Positions 19,570-29,629 of a DNA stretch of 62,498 nucleotides are shown in pieces. Position 1 is the stretch's first letter. Every line of letters starts with the position of its first letter. The notes beneath the pieces are model-generated. The model saw only the letters and a list, made by a program, of their open reading frames with translations. It was not told the origin of the DNA and did not search any database. A program made the translations under genes and the position numbers. This stretch comes from Chloroflexota bacterium (GTDB taxonomy: Bacteria > Chloroflexota > Dehalococcoidia > Dehalococcoidales > UBA2162). The stretch lies in contig JACPPR010000028.1 of assembly GCA_016190895.1 (NCBI GenBank), positions 1 to 62,498 of the forward strand. Reading direction: 5' to 3'.

Positions 19570-20154
19570 CTACTTCCCCCCGAAATACTGCAACGCAAGC
19601 CGTACCTTTTCTTCCAGGCTGAGTTTCTTGGTGGGGGGGAGGGTGGCGACGGCCCGGCCGGCTTCGGCGACCGAGTAGCCGAGGGAGGTAAGAGCAGCCA
19701 TAACATCGGCATTCTCCGGGGCAAGCTGGACTCCAGTGGTAGCCAGCAGCCCGGCGCCTACCTTGTCCTTCAGTTCCAGGACCACGCGCTCGGCCGTCTT
19801 TTTACCGATGCCGGAGACTGTTTTGAGCAGGTCGGTATCGCCGGTAGCGATTGCCATACTTGCCCTCTCAACGCTCATCGCCGAGAGCACAGCCAGCCCC
19901 AGCTTGGGGCCGATACCGGAGACAGTGGTCAACAGTTGGAAAAGCTGCAACTCTTCGGCAGTGCTAAACCCATAGAGGGAAATGCCATCCTCCCTCACCA
20001 CCATCTGGGTATGCACGTGCACGTCACTGCCGATAGCGCCCAGCGTGCTGAGAGTGGAGGTCGGCATATTAACCTGATAGCCGACGCCATTGACATCGAT
20101 AACCGCTGCGCCGGCGCCAAACGATTCCAAACGACCGTGAAGACTGGCTATCAA
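19570..20154 (-). CDS. ruvA: Holliday junction branch migration protein RuvA
   Basis: MIASLHG, DVNGVGY, VREDGISLYGF, VSGIGPK and GIGKKTAERVVLELKDK. Confidence 0.97.
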   Translation of the reverse strand: MIASLHGRLESFGAGAAVIDVNGVGYQVNMPTSTLSTLGAIGSDVHVHTQMVVREDGISLYGFSTAEELQLFQLLTTVSGIGPKLGLAVLSAMSVERASMAIATGDTDLLKTVSGIGKKTAERVVLELKDKVGAGLLATTGVQLAPENADVMAALTSLGYSVAEAGRAVATLPPTKKLSLEEKVRLALQYFGGK

Positions 20155-20160
20155 TTACCT

Positions 20161-20369
20161 ATCCCCCTGACCCCCTTCCCTTTAGGGAAGGGGAAGAGTT
20201 TACTTTTCGAAGGGGCTGATGCCCCTTCAGCTTCCCCATATCTGAATCTTCTTGAAAAGCTGAGCCGGGTAAATCCCTCTCAATCTCCCTTTTTCAAAGG
20301 GAGATGACTACTACAGACCAATCTTGCCCTTAATCCCCCCTTTAGTAAAGGGGGGATTAAGGGGGATTT
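20161..20369. repeat. composite of hairpin repeats, including family A at 20271-20369
   Basis: CCCCTTCCCTTTAGGGAAGGGG, GAAGGGGCTGATGCCCCTTC and family A hairpins. Confidence 0.8.
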
Positions 20370-20388
20370 TCGGGCTACTAACGCCCTC

Positions 20389-20895
20389 TCAAACTCTCCC
20401 GTTCTGTCTCCCCAGCAATTCATTCAAGCGCATCTCGCCGATATGGCAGAGGGCCACCGCCAGGGCATCGGCGGCATCATTGGGTTGGGGGGCTTCGGCA
20501 AGTCCCAACTGGAGCCTGACCATTTCCTGTATCTGCTCTTTGGAGCCAGCCCCGTAATTAGCCACCCTTTGTTTTACTTGCGCCGGCGTATACTCATAGG
20601 TCGGAATGTTCCGACTGGCGGCTGCCAGAATAGCCACCGCCTGAGCACGGCCAATGGCCAGCGCTGTTCTGGCATTCTTAGCCACGAAAGGCTGTTCAAC
20701 GGCGGCAACATCCGGCTGAAACTTCGAGATAATATCCACGAGGGTATCGTACAGATAAAACAAACGCTCCCCGATTGGGGAGCGTGCTTTAGTGGTCAGG
20801 ACACCAAATTCAATCAAGGCTATTTTGTCATCTCTGCTTTCGAGCACTCCATAGCCCATAGCCACTGTGCCCGGGTCGACACCTAAAATTATCAT
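20389..20895 (-). CDS. ruvC: crossover junction endodeoxyribonuclease RuvC
   Basis: ILGVDPG, AAVEQPF, YTPAQVK and DAADALAVALCH. Confidence 0.97.
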   Translation of the reverse strand: MIILGVDPGTVAMGYGVLESRDDKIALIEFGVLTTKARSPIGERLFYLYDTLVDIISKFQPDVAAVEQPFVAKNARTALAIGRAQAVAILAAASRNIPTYEYTPAQVKQRVANYGAGSKEQIQEMVRLQLGLAEAPQPNDAADALAVALCHIGEMRLNELLGRQNGRV

Positions 20896-20935
20896 TAGTA
20901 AAACTCAAGGAATACAAAAACGACTATGATTCAAT

Positions 20936-21096
20936 TGTTATTACGAGCCCCGACTTGTTGGGGCGTAGTAATCTCGCTAAATCTTAGAGATTGCCACGGG
21001 CGGAGTTTACACTGAGCGAAGCGAATGTGCCCTCGCAACGACACCGAGAAACGGATTGCTTCGCCTCCCGACACAGTCGGGATGGCTCGCAATGAC
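20936..21096. repeat. palindromic repeat family E (TGTCATTGCGAG...GCAATC...GATTGCTTCG...CTCGCAATGAC) with nested hairpins
   Basis: Copies at 25826-26065, 53832-53970 and 58184-58342. Confidence 0.85.
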
Positions 21097-21118
21097 GTGC
21101 TTAGGCCACATGGAAGGA

Positions 21119-21874
21119 CTATACCTGCTCTTGCGACTTTTTCAAGACCTCACTGGAAAATTCGACATTGCTGTAAACACCCTGGACGTCATCAAGCTCT
21201 TCCAGCTTATGCAGCAGCTTCAGCGTCTGCAAGGCGTCCTTCTCGCTAAGCTCGATGGTTTGCTTAGGCTCCATGCACACCTCGGTCGAGGAGATGTGGA
21301 TTTTTTCCTTCTCCAGAACCCCTTTGACCTTCTCCAGAGCGTCAGGTCGTGTGTAAATCTCAACAGCTTTATCGGCGGCGTTAACATCGTCGGCGCCGGC
21401 ATCGATGGCCTTCAGAGCCAACTCATCCGAGTTCAAACCATTGGACTCTGCGATAATCACGCCTTTGTTTTCAAAAAGCCAGGCGACACAACCGGCCTCC
21501 CCCAGGCTGCCGCCGCCGCGGTTGAATATATTGCGGACCTCTTGAACAATCCGGTTGCGGTTATCGCTCACAGCCTGCACCAGGATAGCCGAGCCGCCTG
21601 GCCCGTAGCCCTCGAATACCATCTCAGCCAGCGTCGCTCCATCAGCCGTCCCACTGCCGCGCTGAATTGCCCTATCGATATTATCCAGCGGCATATTGGC
21701 GGCGCGGGCTTTCTCGACTGCCAATCTGAGGCGGAAATTAGATTCGGGATTAGCGCCAGATTCACGTACCGCCACCATAATTTCCCTGGTCAGCTTGGTG
21801 AAAATCTGGCCCCGTTTGGCATCAGCCACACCTTTCTGATGCTTGATTGAAGACCACTTATTATGCCCTGACAT
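21119..21874 (-). CDS. yebC: YebC/PmpR family protein
   Basis: MSGHNKWSSIKHQK, EGYGPGG, DNRNR and LEELDDVQGVYSN. Confidence 0.97.
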   Translation of the reverse strand: MSGHNKWSSIKHQKGVADAKRGQIFTKLTREIMVAVRESGANPESNFRLRLAVEKARAANMPLDNIDRAIQRGSGTADGATLAEMVFEGYGPGGSAILVQAVSDNRNRIVQEVRNIFNRGGGSLGEAGCVAWLFENKGVIIAESNGLNSDELALKAIDAGADDVNAADKAVEIYTRPDALEKVKGVLEKEKIHISSTEVCMEPKQTIELSEKDALQTLKLLHKLEELDDVQGVYSNVEFSSEVLKKSQEQV

Positions 21875-22012
21875 ATCTGGCGCTCCTCGGACAGCTAATA
21901 AATTCTTGGTTTAATTCTATCATCAAACCTGCCTCCGGTCAAAAGAAAAACATCATGTTTTTTGTAACACCCCTTCGACAAAATTTACCCTGAGATTCTT
22001 CGTCCGATTTGC

Positions 22013-22040
22013 GTAGAGACACGGCGTGCCGTGTCTCTAC
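22013..22040. repeat. GTAG-type REP palindrome GTAGAGACACGGCGTGCCGTGTCTCTAC
   Basis: One mismatch relative to 57390-57417. Confidence 0.85.
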
Positions 22041-22072
22041 GGTTTGTTTACGAGGTTGTGGAACCCGCCAAA

Positions 22073-22101
22073 TTGACATGCAAACTGGTGCGGGTTAAAA
22101 T
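22073..22101 (+). promoter_or_regulatory. sigma70 promoter TTGACA-17-TAAAAT, 9 nt before the glmM ATG
   Basis: Consensus -35 and spacer; no room for an SD sequence. Confidence 0.7.
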
Positions 22102-22110
22102 CAAAGACAA

Positions 22111-23409
22111 ATGAAGTTATTCGGTACTTCCGGGATACGCAGACTCGCCGATAGCAGCCTGTTAGAATTATCCCTGAAAACGGGGCTGGCGGTGGGGAAA
22201 ATATACCCGAATGTCGTGGTCGGCTGCGATACCAGGACTTCAAGCGAAGCTATCAAATACGCTTTTACCTCGGGAGCGCTGATGTCGGGGGCGAGATGCT
22301 GCGATGCCGGCGTTATTCCCACGCCCACCCTGGCTCTGGCAGCGAAAGAATTCCAGGCCGGCGCGATGATTACCGCCTCGCACAATCCACCCGAATATAA
22401 CGGCATCAAGCTCTGGAACGCAGACTGCTCGGCCTTCGATACCGACCAGCAGCAGCAAATAGAAGATATGATTCTAAATAACTCTTTGTCTGCTGCCAAA
22501 TGGAGCGAAATCGGTCGAAGCTGCTCTCGCGATGACGCTATTGAAAGGCATATCGAACACATAATACGGAATGTCCCCACGGCAACCAAGCTAAAGGTAG
22601 CGCTCGATTGTGGCTGTGGCGCTGCCTCCGTAATTAGCCCTTATTTACTGAAAAGAATGGGCTGTGAGGTTATCGCTTTGAACTGTTTCCCCTCCGGTTT
22701 TTTCCCCCACCCCGCCGAGCCGACCGAAGCCAATCTGGGGGAACTGCTACAGGCAACTCGCGAATTTAGTGCCGACCTGGGTATTGCTCACGATGGCGAT
22801 GCCGACCGGATGATGGCAGTTGATGACAAAGGCAGGTTCATCCCCGGAGACAAGCTGCTCGCCCTTTTTGCCCGGCAGAGAGCAGCCAGAGAAGTGGTCA
22901 CTACCATAGATGCCTCTATGTCCATCGAAGAGATGGGCTTTAAGATTACCAGAACCCCGGTCGGGGACACCTATGTTTCCGACCGGCTGAAAAAGGGCGG
23001 CGATTTCGGGGGCGAACCATCGGGCGCCTGGGTATTCCCGGAGAATTCGCTCTGTCCCGATGGCATTTATGCCGCCGCCCGGCTGGTTAATATCGCCAGC
23101 CATCAGAAATTGTCCCGCTTAATCGACGAGATACCCCAGTATCCTATTCTGCGGGGCAGCATCGCCAGCGACGGGGTGAAGATGACAGAACTAAATGAAC
23201 GACTTCTGTCTCTGAAACCAACATCGGTAGACAGCATCGATGGCACCAGGCTGAACTTCAAAGACGGCTGGCTGCTGATTCGAGCCTCAGGCACCGAACC
23301 CAGGATAAGAGTCACCGCCGAAGCGCGAACCGAGGCATCTGTCCACGAGCTATACGATAAGGGTATGAAAACCATCAAAGAATGTATGAAAGGGAGACAG
23401 GAAGGCTGA
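22111..23409 (+). CDS. glmM: phosphoglucosamine mutase (archaeal-like)
   Basis: LFGTSGIR, TASHNP, DGDADR, GGEPSG and RASGTEP. Confidence 0.92.
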   Translation: MKLFGTSGIRRLADSSLLELSLKTGLAVGKIYPNVVVGCDTRTSSEAIKYAFTSGALMSGARCCDAGVIPTPTLALAAKEFQAGAMITASHNPPEYNGIKLWNADCSAFDTDQQQQIEDMILNNSLSAAKWSEIGRSCSRDDAIERHIEHIIRNVPTATKLKVALDCGCGAASVISPYLLKRMGCEVIALNCFPSGFFPHPAEPTEANLGELLQATREFSADLGIAHDGDADRMMAVDDKGRFIPGDKLLALFARQRAAREVVTTIDASMSIEEMGFKITRTPVGDTYVSDRLKKGGDFGGEPSGAWVFPENSLCPDGIYAAARLVNIASHQKLSRLIDEIPQYPILRGSIASDGVKMTELNERLLSLKPTSVDSIDGTRLNFKDGWLLIRASGTEPRIRVTAEARTEASVHELYDKGMKTIKECMKGRQEG

Positions 23410-23410
23410 T

Positions 23411-24613
23411 ATGAAAGCAGTTATCTTAGCCGCCGGGGAAGGCAGCCGGATGCGCCCTCTCACTTATACCCGGCCCAAAGTGATGCTCACCATCGCCAAC
23501 AGGCCTATCCTGGAACACCTCCTTATCGAAGCCAAGACAGCGGGCATCGAAGAGTTTGTTTTCATCGTCGGCTACCATGATGAACAGATACGCCAGCATT
23601 TCGGCAACGGCGATAAATGGGGTGTCGGCATCGATTATTACACCCAGCGCAGGCAATTGGGCACGGCCGACGCCGTCAGGACAGTAAAGAATATGGTAGA
23701 GGGCAACTTCCTGATGATGAACGGCGATATTATGGTCAATCATCGGGATATCGAGTGTCTGACTAAAAGGCGAGAGAACACGATGAGCTTGGTCAAAGTC
23801 GAGGACGCGCGAGACCTGGGAACAGTCGAAGTAAGCCAGGATAGAGTGCTAAGAATCCACGAGAAAGTGGCCAAACCGCCCTCGAACCTGGCTAATGCCG
23901 GCCTCTACCTCTTCACACCTGAGATATTCGAGGCAATATCTCAGACTCCGACCTCGCCACGGGGCGAATACGAGATAACCGACTCTCTGCAACTCCTAGT
24001 CGACCATGGGTGCCCTGTCTCGTATCAGGAAATTGGCTACTGGCTCGATGTCAGCTATCCCTGGGACCTGCTGGCCGCCAACGAATCGCTCCTGGCCAAG
24101 CTGGAACCACAGAACCTGGGCACCATAGAAGCGAATGCGGTAATCAAAAATGCGGTGAGCCTCGGTAAAGGCACTGTGGTCAGGTCAGGCTCCTATATCA
24201 TCGGCCCGGTGATTATCGGTGAGAATTGCGAGATAGGACCGAACTGCTATGTTCGGCCGGCGACCTCAATCGGCAATGGCTGTCATATCGGCGCTGCCTG
24301 CGAGGTCAAAAATACAATTGTTATGAATAATAGCGCTATCCCGCACCACAACTATGTCGGCGATAGCGTTATCGGCGAGGATTGCAATCTCGGCGCCGGT
24401 ACCAAGATTGCCAATCTCAGGCTCGATGAGCAGAATATTACCGTGGCTGGACGGAACACCAAAAGACGCAAGCTGGGCGCCATTATGGGGGACGGGGTAA
24501 AGACTGGGATAAATGCCTGCATCAATATCGGCACCGTAATTGGGAACAATACGCATATTGGACCGGGAGCGGTGGTGAGCGGAATTATTCAACCGGACTC
24601 GAAAATCTTTTAA
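23411..24613 (+). CDS. glmU: bifunctional sugar-1-phosphate nucleotidylyltransferase/acetyltransferase (archaeal-type GlmU)
   Basis: LAAGEGSRMRPLT..RPK, SPRGEYEITD, hexapeptide repeats, HHNYVGDS and NLRLD. Confidence 0.9.
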   Translation: MKAVILAAGEGSRMRPLTYTRPKVMLTIANRPILEHLLIEAKTAGIEEFVFIVGYHDEQIRQHFGNGDKWGVGIDYYTQRRQLGTADAVRTVKNMVEGNFLMMNGDIMVNHRDIECLTKRRENTMSLVKVEDARDLGTVEVSQDRVLRIHEKVAKPPSNLANAGLYLFTPEIFEAISQTPTSPRGEYEITDSLQLLVDHGCPVSYQEIGYWLDVSYPWDLLAANESLLAKLEPQNLGTIEANAVIKNAVSLGKGTVVRSGSYIIGPVIIGENCEIGPNCYVRPATSIGNGCHIGAACEVKNTIVMNNSAIPHHNYVGDSVIGEDCNLGAGTKIANLRLDEQNITVAGRNTKRRKLGAIMGDGVKTGINACINIGTVIGNNTHIGPGAVVSGIIQPDSKIF

Positions 24614-24629
24614 GTCAGGGTTAGATGGA

Positions 24630-25808
24630 ATGATGAAGCAAGCGGTAATTCTGGCGGCGGGGGAGGGGCAGAGACTGAGACCGTTTACGGTGACGAAGCC
24701 AAAGACGATGATTGCCATCGCCGGCAAGCCGATACTCCAGTATGTAATCGAGGCGCTTGCCCGTAACGGCATTCGCAACATCATTATCATCGTTGGCTAC
24801 CGAAAAGAGCAGGTCTTCAATTACCTGGGCGCCGGGGAGAAGTTCGGCGTGAATATAGTTTACATAACACAAGAGAAACAGCTTGGCACAGCTCACGCGC
24901 TCATACAAGCCAAGGGAGCCGTCCAGGATGAGTTTCTTGTTCTGCCGGGCGATAATCTTATCGAGGCTAATACCATCGCCCGCTTCATCACCGCCAAACC
25001 GCAGGCTGTGCTGGTTAAGAAAGTGGAAAACACAGCCAGATATGGCGTGGTCACTACCGATGGAGATATGGTACGCAGTATCGAAGAAAGAACCGGAGAC
25101 ACCGAGTGTGATATAATCAATACTGGTATTTATGCCTTTGACGAGAGAATTTTTGACTTTATCGAGGCCGAGTTAGCCATTCCTGACGTGATAAATAATA
25201 TGATAGCCCAGGGCTCTGCCGTCAGCGCCCAAGAAACCGAGGGCACCTGGCTCGATGTCGTTTACCCCTGGGACATTTTAAGCCTGAATAACGCTATTCT
25301 CCGCCAAATCCCGCCCAGCCTGGGGGGTACTATCGAAGCCGGCGCTTATGTCAAAGGAACGGTATCGATAGGCAAAGACACGATAATCCACTCGAACTCT
25401 TACGTCTTCGGCCCGGCAGTCATCGGGGAGAATTGCGAGATAGGTCCCAATGTCTGCATCTTGCCCGCCACCAGCATCGGCGACAACGTAGTTATCTCAC
25501 CTCTCAGCTCCATAGAAAACAGCGTTATCGGGAAAGACGTTAACATCGGCCCGGGTAGCATTATCGAGGATTCGGTCATCGATGAAAGCTGCCTTATCCA
25601 GGGGCGGTTTACCGCGTGCAGCGATGAGACTGAAGTGCGGATCAACGATGAACTCCATCAGGTAAAAATAGGGGCGATGCTCGGCGTGGGCTGCAACCTG
25701 AAGAGCAACGTAGTAGCCCAGCCGGGAGTTATCATCGGCAATTACAGCCAGGTACAGGCTATGAAGCTGCTCAGCGGCCGGTTGCCTGATAAGAGCACGG
25801 TATTCTAA
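24630..25808 (+). CDS. second GlmU-like nucleotidyltransferase with hexapeptide domain
   Basis: LAAGEGQRLRPFT..KPK, WLDVVYPWD and left-handed beta-helix repeats; lacks the RGEYE and HHNYVGD motifs of the first copy. Confidence 0.85.
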   Translation: MMKQAVILAAGEGQRLRPFTVTKPKTMIAIAGKPILQYVIEALARNGIRNIIIIVGYRKEQVFNYLGAGEKFGVNIVYITQEKQLGTAHALIQAKGAVQDEFLVLPGDNLIEANTIARFITAKPQAVLVKKVENTARYGVVTTDGDMVRSIEERTGDTECDIINTGIYAFDERIFDFIEAELAIPDVINNMIAQGSAVSAQETEGTWLDVVYPWDILSLNNAILRQIPPSLGGTIEAGAYVKGTVSIGKDTIIHSNSYVFGPAVIGENCEIGPNVCILPATSIGDNVVISPLSSIENSVIGKDVNIGPGSIIEDSVIDESCLIQGRFTACSDETEVRINDELHQVKIGAMLGVGCNLKSNVVAQPGVIIGNYSQVQAMKLLSGRLPDKSTVF

Positions 25809-25867
25809 AGAATGTTGGGAGGTGATGTCGTTACGAGTCCGCCTGAGGCGGGCGCAGTAATCTCTAG

Positions 25868-26008
25868 CGGGTGCTGAAAAAAGCTTTCCTCGTTTTTCTC
25901 CCCCTTTGAAAAAGGGGGATTAAGGGGGATTTCCAAGCTCAAAATCCCTCTCAATCTCCCTTTACGAAAGGGAGAGGAAACGGCTTGAACCTGTTTTTCA
26001 TCAGCCTG
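25868..26008. mobile_element. MITE-like unit with ends resembling the IS end at 444-467, carrying family A hairpins and lying inside a family E repeat
   Basis: CTAGCGGGTGCTGAAAAA at the left end; right end reverse complement ATAGCAGGCTGATGAAAAA. Confidence 0.7.
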
Positions 26009-26077
26009 CTATGATTTTATAGATTGCTTCGCATCCCGACAAAGTCGGGATGGCTCGCAATGACATAAGTGAAGAGT

Positions 26078-27862
26078 ATGTGTGGTATCGTCGGTTATAT
26101 CGGCAATAAGCAAGCTCAACCCATCTTGTTAGGCTGCCTGGAGAAACTGGAGTACCGGGGTTACGACTCCTGCGGCGTAGCTATCGCCGGCAAAGATATC
26201 GAAGTCTATAAGGACGCCATCAGGGTGAAAATGCTCGGCGAAGTCTCGCCGAAGCTGAACGGGACAACCGGTATCGGACACACTCGGTGGGCGACTCACG
26301 GAGTGCCTTCCCAGATTAACGCTCACCCCCACCTCGATTGCAGCGGCAACATCGCCGTCGTCCACAATGGAGTCATCAATAACTGCCAGGAACTGAAAGC
26401 CCGGCTAATACGGGAAGGGCATACTTTCACCTCCGAAACGGATACTGAGGTCATCCCCCACCTCATCGAAAAATACTATCACGGCAATCTGGAAGAAGCG
26501 ACCGCAGCCGCCCTGGATGATATCGATGGCTCATATGCCATCATCGTCCTGGCCAAAGACAGGGCTGAACTGGTCGTGGCCAGAAAAGACAGCCCTCTGA
26601 TTCTCGGCCTGGGCGACCGGGAGAACTACATAGCTTCAGATGTGCCAGCAATTTTAGACCATACCGATAGGGTCGTCTACCTGGAGGACGGCGACCTGGC
26701 CGTCATTACCAGGAATGAAATCAAAATCAAGCAAAACGGCTCGGATGTCCGGAGAGATGAGCAGAAGGTTTCGTGGAATGTCGAAGAGGCTCAGAAAGCC
26801 GGCTACGAGCACTTTATGCTCAAGGAAATCCACGAGCAGCCGAAAGTGATACGGAATACCCTTGCCGAATACACGCGAGCCACCGAACACCCGGTCGATT
26901 TACTCGGGGCAAGAGACACCGGGACGGATTCTATGCTTCTGCTAGCTTGCGGCACTTCCTATCACGCCGCCATGATTGGGAAATACATTATCAGGGAGTT
27001 GCTCAAGATTCCGCCAAGGATAGAGATAGCCTCTGAATTCAACTACTATAGCGATGTCCTGTCCAGAGCTGTTGCCATCGCCATCACCCAATCGGGCGAA
27101 ACGGCCGATACCCTGAAGGCGATGAAAAAGCTAAAGGAAGCCGGCTGTCGCGTGTTAGCCGTCACTAATGTGGTAGGCAGCACAGCCAGCCGGATTGCCA
27201 ACGAGACGATTTATACCAGGGCCGGCCCGGAGATGAGTGTCGCCGCTACCAAGAGCTTTACCGCCCAGCTTATGGCGTTGTACTGGCTCGGCATCACCCA
27301 GTCCAGGATAGACGCCAGAAAGCTTGCCAGCCTGCTCACCGAGCTAAGACAGCTGCCGGGCAAGGTGCAGCAAATACTGGATGATGAGGCAATAATTGCC
27401 AAGCAGGCCAGGAACCTGTCCAGGTTTGAGAATGTCTTCTTCATCGGCCGGGGCATCAACTATCCGGTCGCCCTGGAGGGAGCTCTCAAACTGAAGGAGA
27501 TTTCCTATATTCACGCCGAAGGCTATGCCTCCGGAGAGCTGAAGCACGGGCCTTTTGCCTTGCTGGGCGAAAGTTCGCCGGTGATTGCCATCGTGTCAAA
27601 GGACAATACCCATGACGCCATGCTGACCAATATTAAAGAGGTAAAAGCCAGGCGCTCCCCTGTCATCGCCCTGGCTGAAGAAGGCGACGAGGCTATCGAA
27701 GAGGTGGCCGACGCCGTCATCAGCCTGCCGCGGGTAGAAAGCCTATTCTCACCGGTAGTCAATACGGTCGCCTTGCAGCTGCTGGCCTATTATACCGCTA
27801 AAGAGCGCGGCTGCCCCATCGACTTCCCCCGCAACCTGGCCAAAAGCGTGACGGTGGAGTAG
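26078..27862 (+). CDS. glmS: glutamine-fructose-6-phosphate aminotransferase (isomerizing)
   Basis: MCGIVGY (catalytic Cys), LEYRGYDS, GHTRWATHG, EGALKLKE and PRNLAKSVTVE. Confidence 0.98.
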   Translation: MCGIVGYIGNKQAQPILLGCLEKLEYRGYDSCGVAIAGKDIEVYKDAIRVKMLGEVSPKLNGTTGIGHTRWATHGVPSQINAHPHLDCSGNIAVVHNGVINNCQELKARLIREGHTFTSETDTEVIPHLIEKYYHGNLEEATAAALDDIDGSYAIIVLAKDRAELVVARKDSPLILGLGDRENYIASDVPAILDHTDRVVYLEDGDLAVITRNEIKIKQNGSDVRRDEQKVSWNVEEAQKAGYEHFMLKEIHEQPKVIRNTLAEYTRATEHPVDLLGARDTGTDSMLLLACGTSYHAAMIGKYIIRELLKIPPRIEIASEFNYYSDVLSRAVAIAITQSGETADTLKAMKKLKEAGCRVLAVTNVVGSTASRIANETIYTRAGPEMSVAATKSFTAQLMALYWLGITQSRIDARKLASLLTELRQLPGKVQQILDDEAIIAKQARNLSRFENVFFIGRGINYPVALEGALKLKEISYIHAEGYASGELKHGPFALLGESSPVIAIVSKDNTHDAMLTNIKEVKARRSPVIALAEEGDEAIEEVADAVISLPRVESLFSPVVNTVALQLLAYYTAKERGCPIDFPRNLAKSVTVE

Positions 27863-27973
27863 GGAGGTTAAAATCCATCCCCTTTTCCTTTACCAAAGGA
27901 AGGGGGGGATTTGTTTTTTGAGAGAGGCCTTCTAGACGATTTTATCACCTAGTTAATTGACTAAGCATCACAC

Positions 27974-29629
27974 GTGTGCGACAATTTGCTTGTTATGAGG
28001 ACCATTTCCGTAGATATACAAAATTTCCGCTGTATAGGTTCGCTACAGTTGAACTTTGATATAGGAGGATTAAACACTCTAGTCGGTGAAAACAGTGTAG
28101 GCAAGAGCAGTTTGTTTACTGCCATATCGAAGACAATTGATTCAGTAGCGACCGGTAGTGCTCAGTTCATTGTCGAGGATTTGAGATATGGTAAGTTAGA
28201 CAGCAATGAATTAAAGGTTAGTTGTCACTTTGAACTCACCGTGCAAGAGCAAAAGCAACTTCTAGAGGGAATGTTGTCGTCTCCAATAACTGGGTCTGAT
28301 CGGGAATCCTTGTATCGGAAATTTGGGGATTATCTCAGAGACCTCGAAATAGGTGTTACTTGGGATGAAGTTAGCAAATCTGCTTACGCTAAAATCGGCA
28401 AGATGTTCTTGCAGAATGATTGGGTTAGTAATAAGGTGCTTAGCCGTGGTGCTCATAACTTAGGGGCTTTCGACGATCTTCTCAAAGAATCATCAAATGT
28501 CAGCAATTTGGAGGCTAGGATTCTAGGGCTAGGCGAAGGTGACTTCTTGAGTGCCAACGCTATTCTTTCACGGGTTGGACAGCTAATCAGACTCCACTTC
28601 AAGACGTTTGATGAATTCCGGGTTCGCCCAATGGCTAGCAGCAGAAGTGGGGCTATAGAAGCGTTGAAAGGTACTGAGGTTGCGAGCGTGTTGCTAAACT
28701 TAAAGAACCATCCTGAGTTAAAGTCACGTAAGATGTATGAGCAAATCTGCTCCGAATTTTCTAGTTTCATTCCTTCCCTAACTATTGAATCCGTAGATAT
28801 GAGTCCCGGTGGAGGACTGGCAAACGTCCAGTTCATTGAAGAGGGCAAGGATTGGGCAATTCCGCTAGCTAACGTTGGTGCTGGCATAGCCGAACTCCTG
28901 ACTTTCTTAACCAATTTGGTGGCTCGGGAAGGTAACATCTACGTCATCGAAGAGCCTGAAATGCATCTTCATTCTCACGCAAAAAGACGGCTTCACACTC
29001 TAATTAAAGAATCGTCCGAGAGAAATCAAATCTTCATTATTACTCACGACGAGCATTTCATAGACTTTGATAATATACTTGGCCTGCTTCGCCTATTTCT
29101 AACCAAGGATGGGACACAAGTTGCATGTTTACCAGCGGATACACCTTCGAATCTAATGGGCCAGCTCAGCACAGCCTTGAAAGACGTGGACAAACGTGAG
29201 GCAGTTTTCGCCCGTGCCGTATTACTGGTAGAAGATGAGTCGCAGCAGAAATTTGTATTAGGGTGCGCAGATAAGCTGTCTCAAGATTTGGATAGGGCTG
29301 GCGTCAGTGTTTTACCAGTGGATGGTCATGCTGCATTCGAACCTTACATTACGTTGGTTAAATCGCTCAAAATTCCGTATATTTGTCTACGCGATAAGGT
29401 CTGGGGTTCAAATAGTACAAGACCTCCTGATATTTTTCGTGCTCTTGGCTGTGAATTGGAGGAATATGTGGAACAAGCTGGCCTGGGTGCAATGCTAAAG
29501 GAGTCAAAGGGCAAAGTTGGTACAAGCAAGCAGAGAATAGCTGAGTACGTTGCTAATAATATTGAAAGGAACCAAATTCCGCCGTTATTCTCTCAATTAA
29601 TTACTGATGTTATGACACTCGCAAAATGA
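27974..29629 (+). CDS. OLD-family ATP-dependent nuclease (ABC ATPase plus TOPRIM domain)
   Basis: IQNFRC, GENSVGKS (Walker A), GAG signature, IEEPEMHLH, ITH, LLVED and RD; AT-richer than flanking genes; the start may be ATG 27995. Confidence 0.8.
   Translation: MCDNLLVMRTISVDIQNFRCIGSLQLNFDIGGLNTLVGENSVGKSSLFTAISKTIDSVATGSAQFIVEDLRYGKLDSNELKVSCHFELTVQEQKQLLEGMLSSPITGSDRESLYRKFGDYLRDLEIGVTWDEVSKSAYAKIGKMFLQNDWVSNKVLSRGAHNLGAFDDLLKESSNVSNLEARILGLGEGDFLSANAILSRVGQLIRLHFKTFDEFRVRPMASSRSGAIEALKGTEVASVLLNLKNHPELKSRKMYEQICSEFSSFIPSLTIESVDMSPGGGLANVQFIEEGKDWAIPLANVGAGIAELLTFLTNLVAREGNIYVIEEPEMHLHSHAKRRLHTLIKESSERNQIFIITHDEHFIDFDNILGLLRLFLTKDGTQVACLPADTPSNLMGQLSTALKDVDKREAVFARAVLLVEDESQQKFVLGCADKLSQDLDRAGVSVLPVDGHAAFEPYITLVKSLKIPYICLRDKVWGSNSTRPPDIFRALGCELEEYVEQAGLGAMLKESKGKVGTSKQRIAEYVANNIERNQIPPLFSQLITDVMTLAK

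Noticed and set aside
25809-26077. glmS ribozyme upstream of glmS
   Set aside because: The interval is fully explained by repeats and the MITE; no ribozyme core is recognisable.
27863-27973. Tn7 insertion at the glmS attachment site
   Set aside because: No tns genes and no recognisable TGT...ACA ends with repeated TnsB sites.
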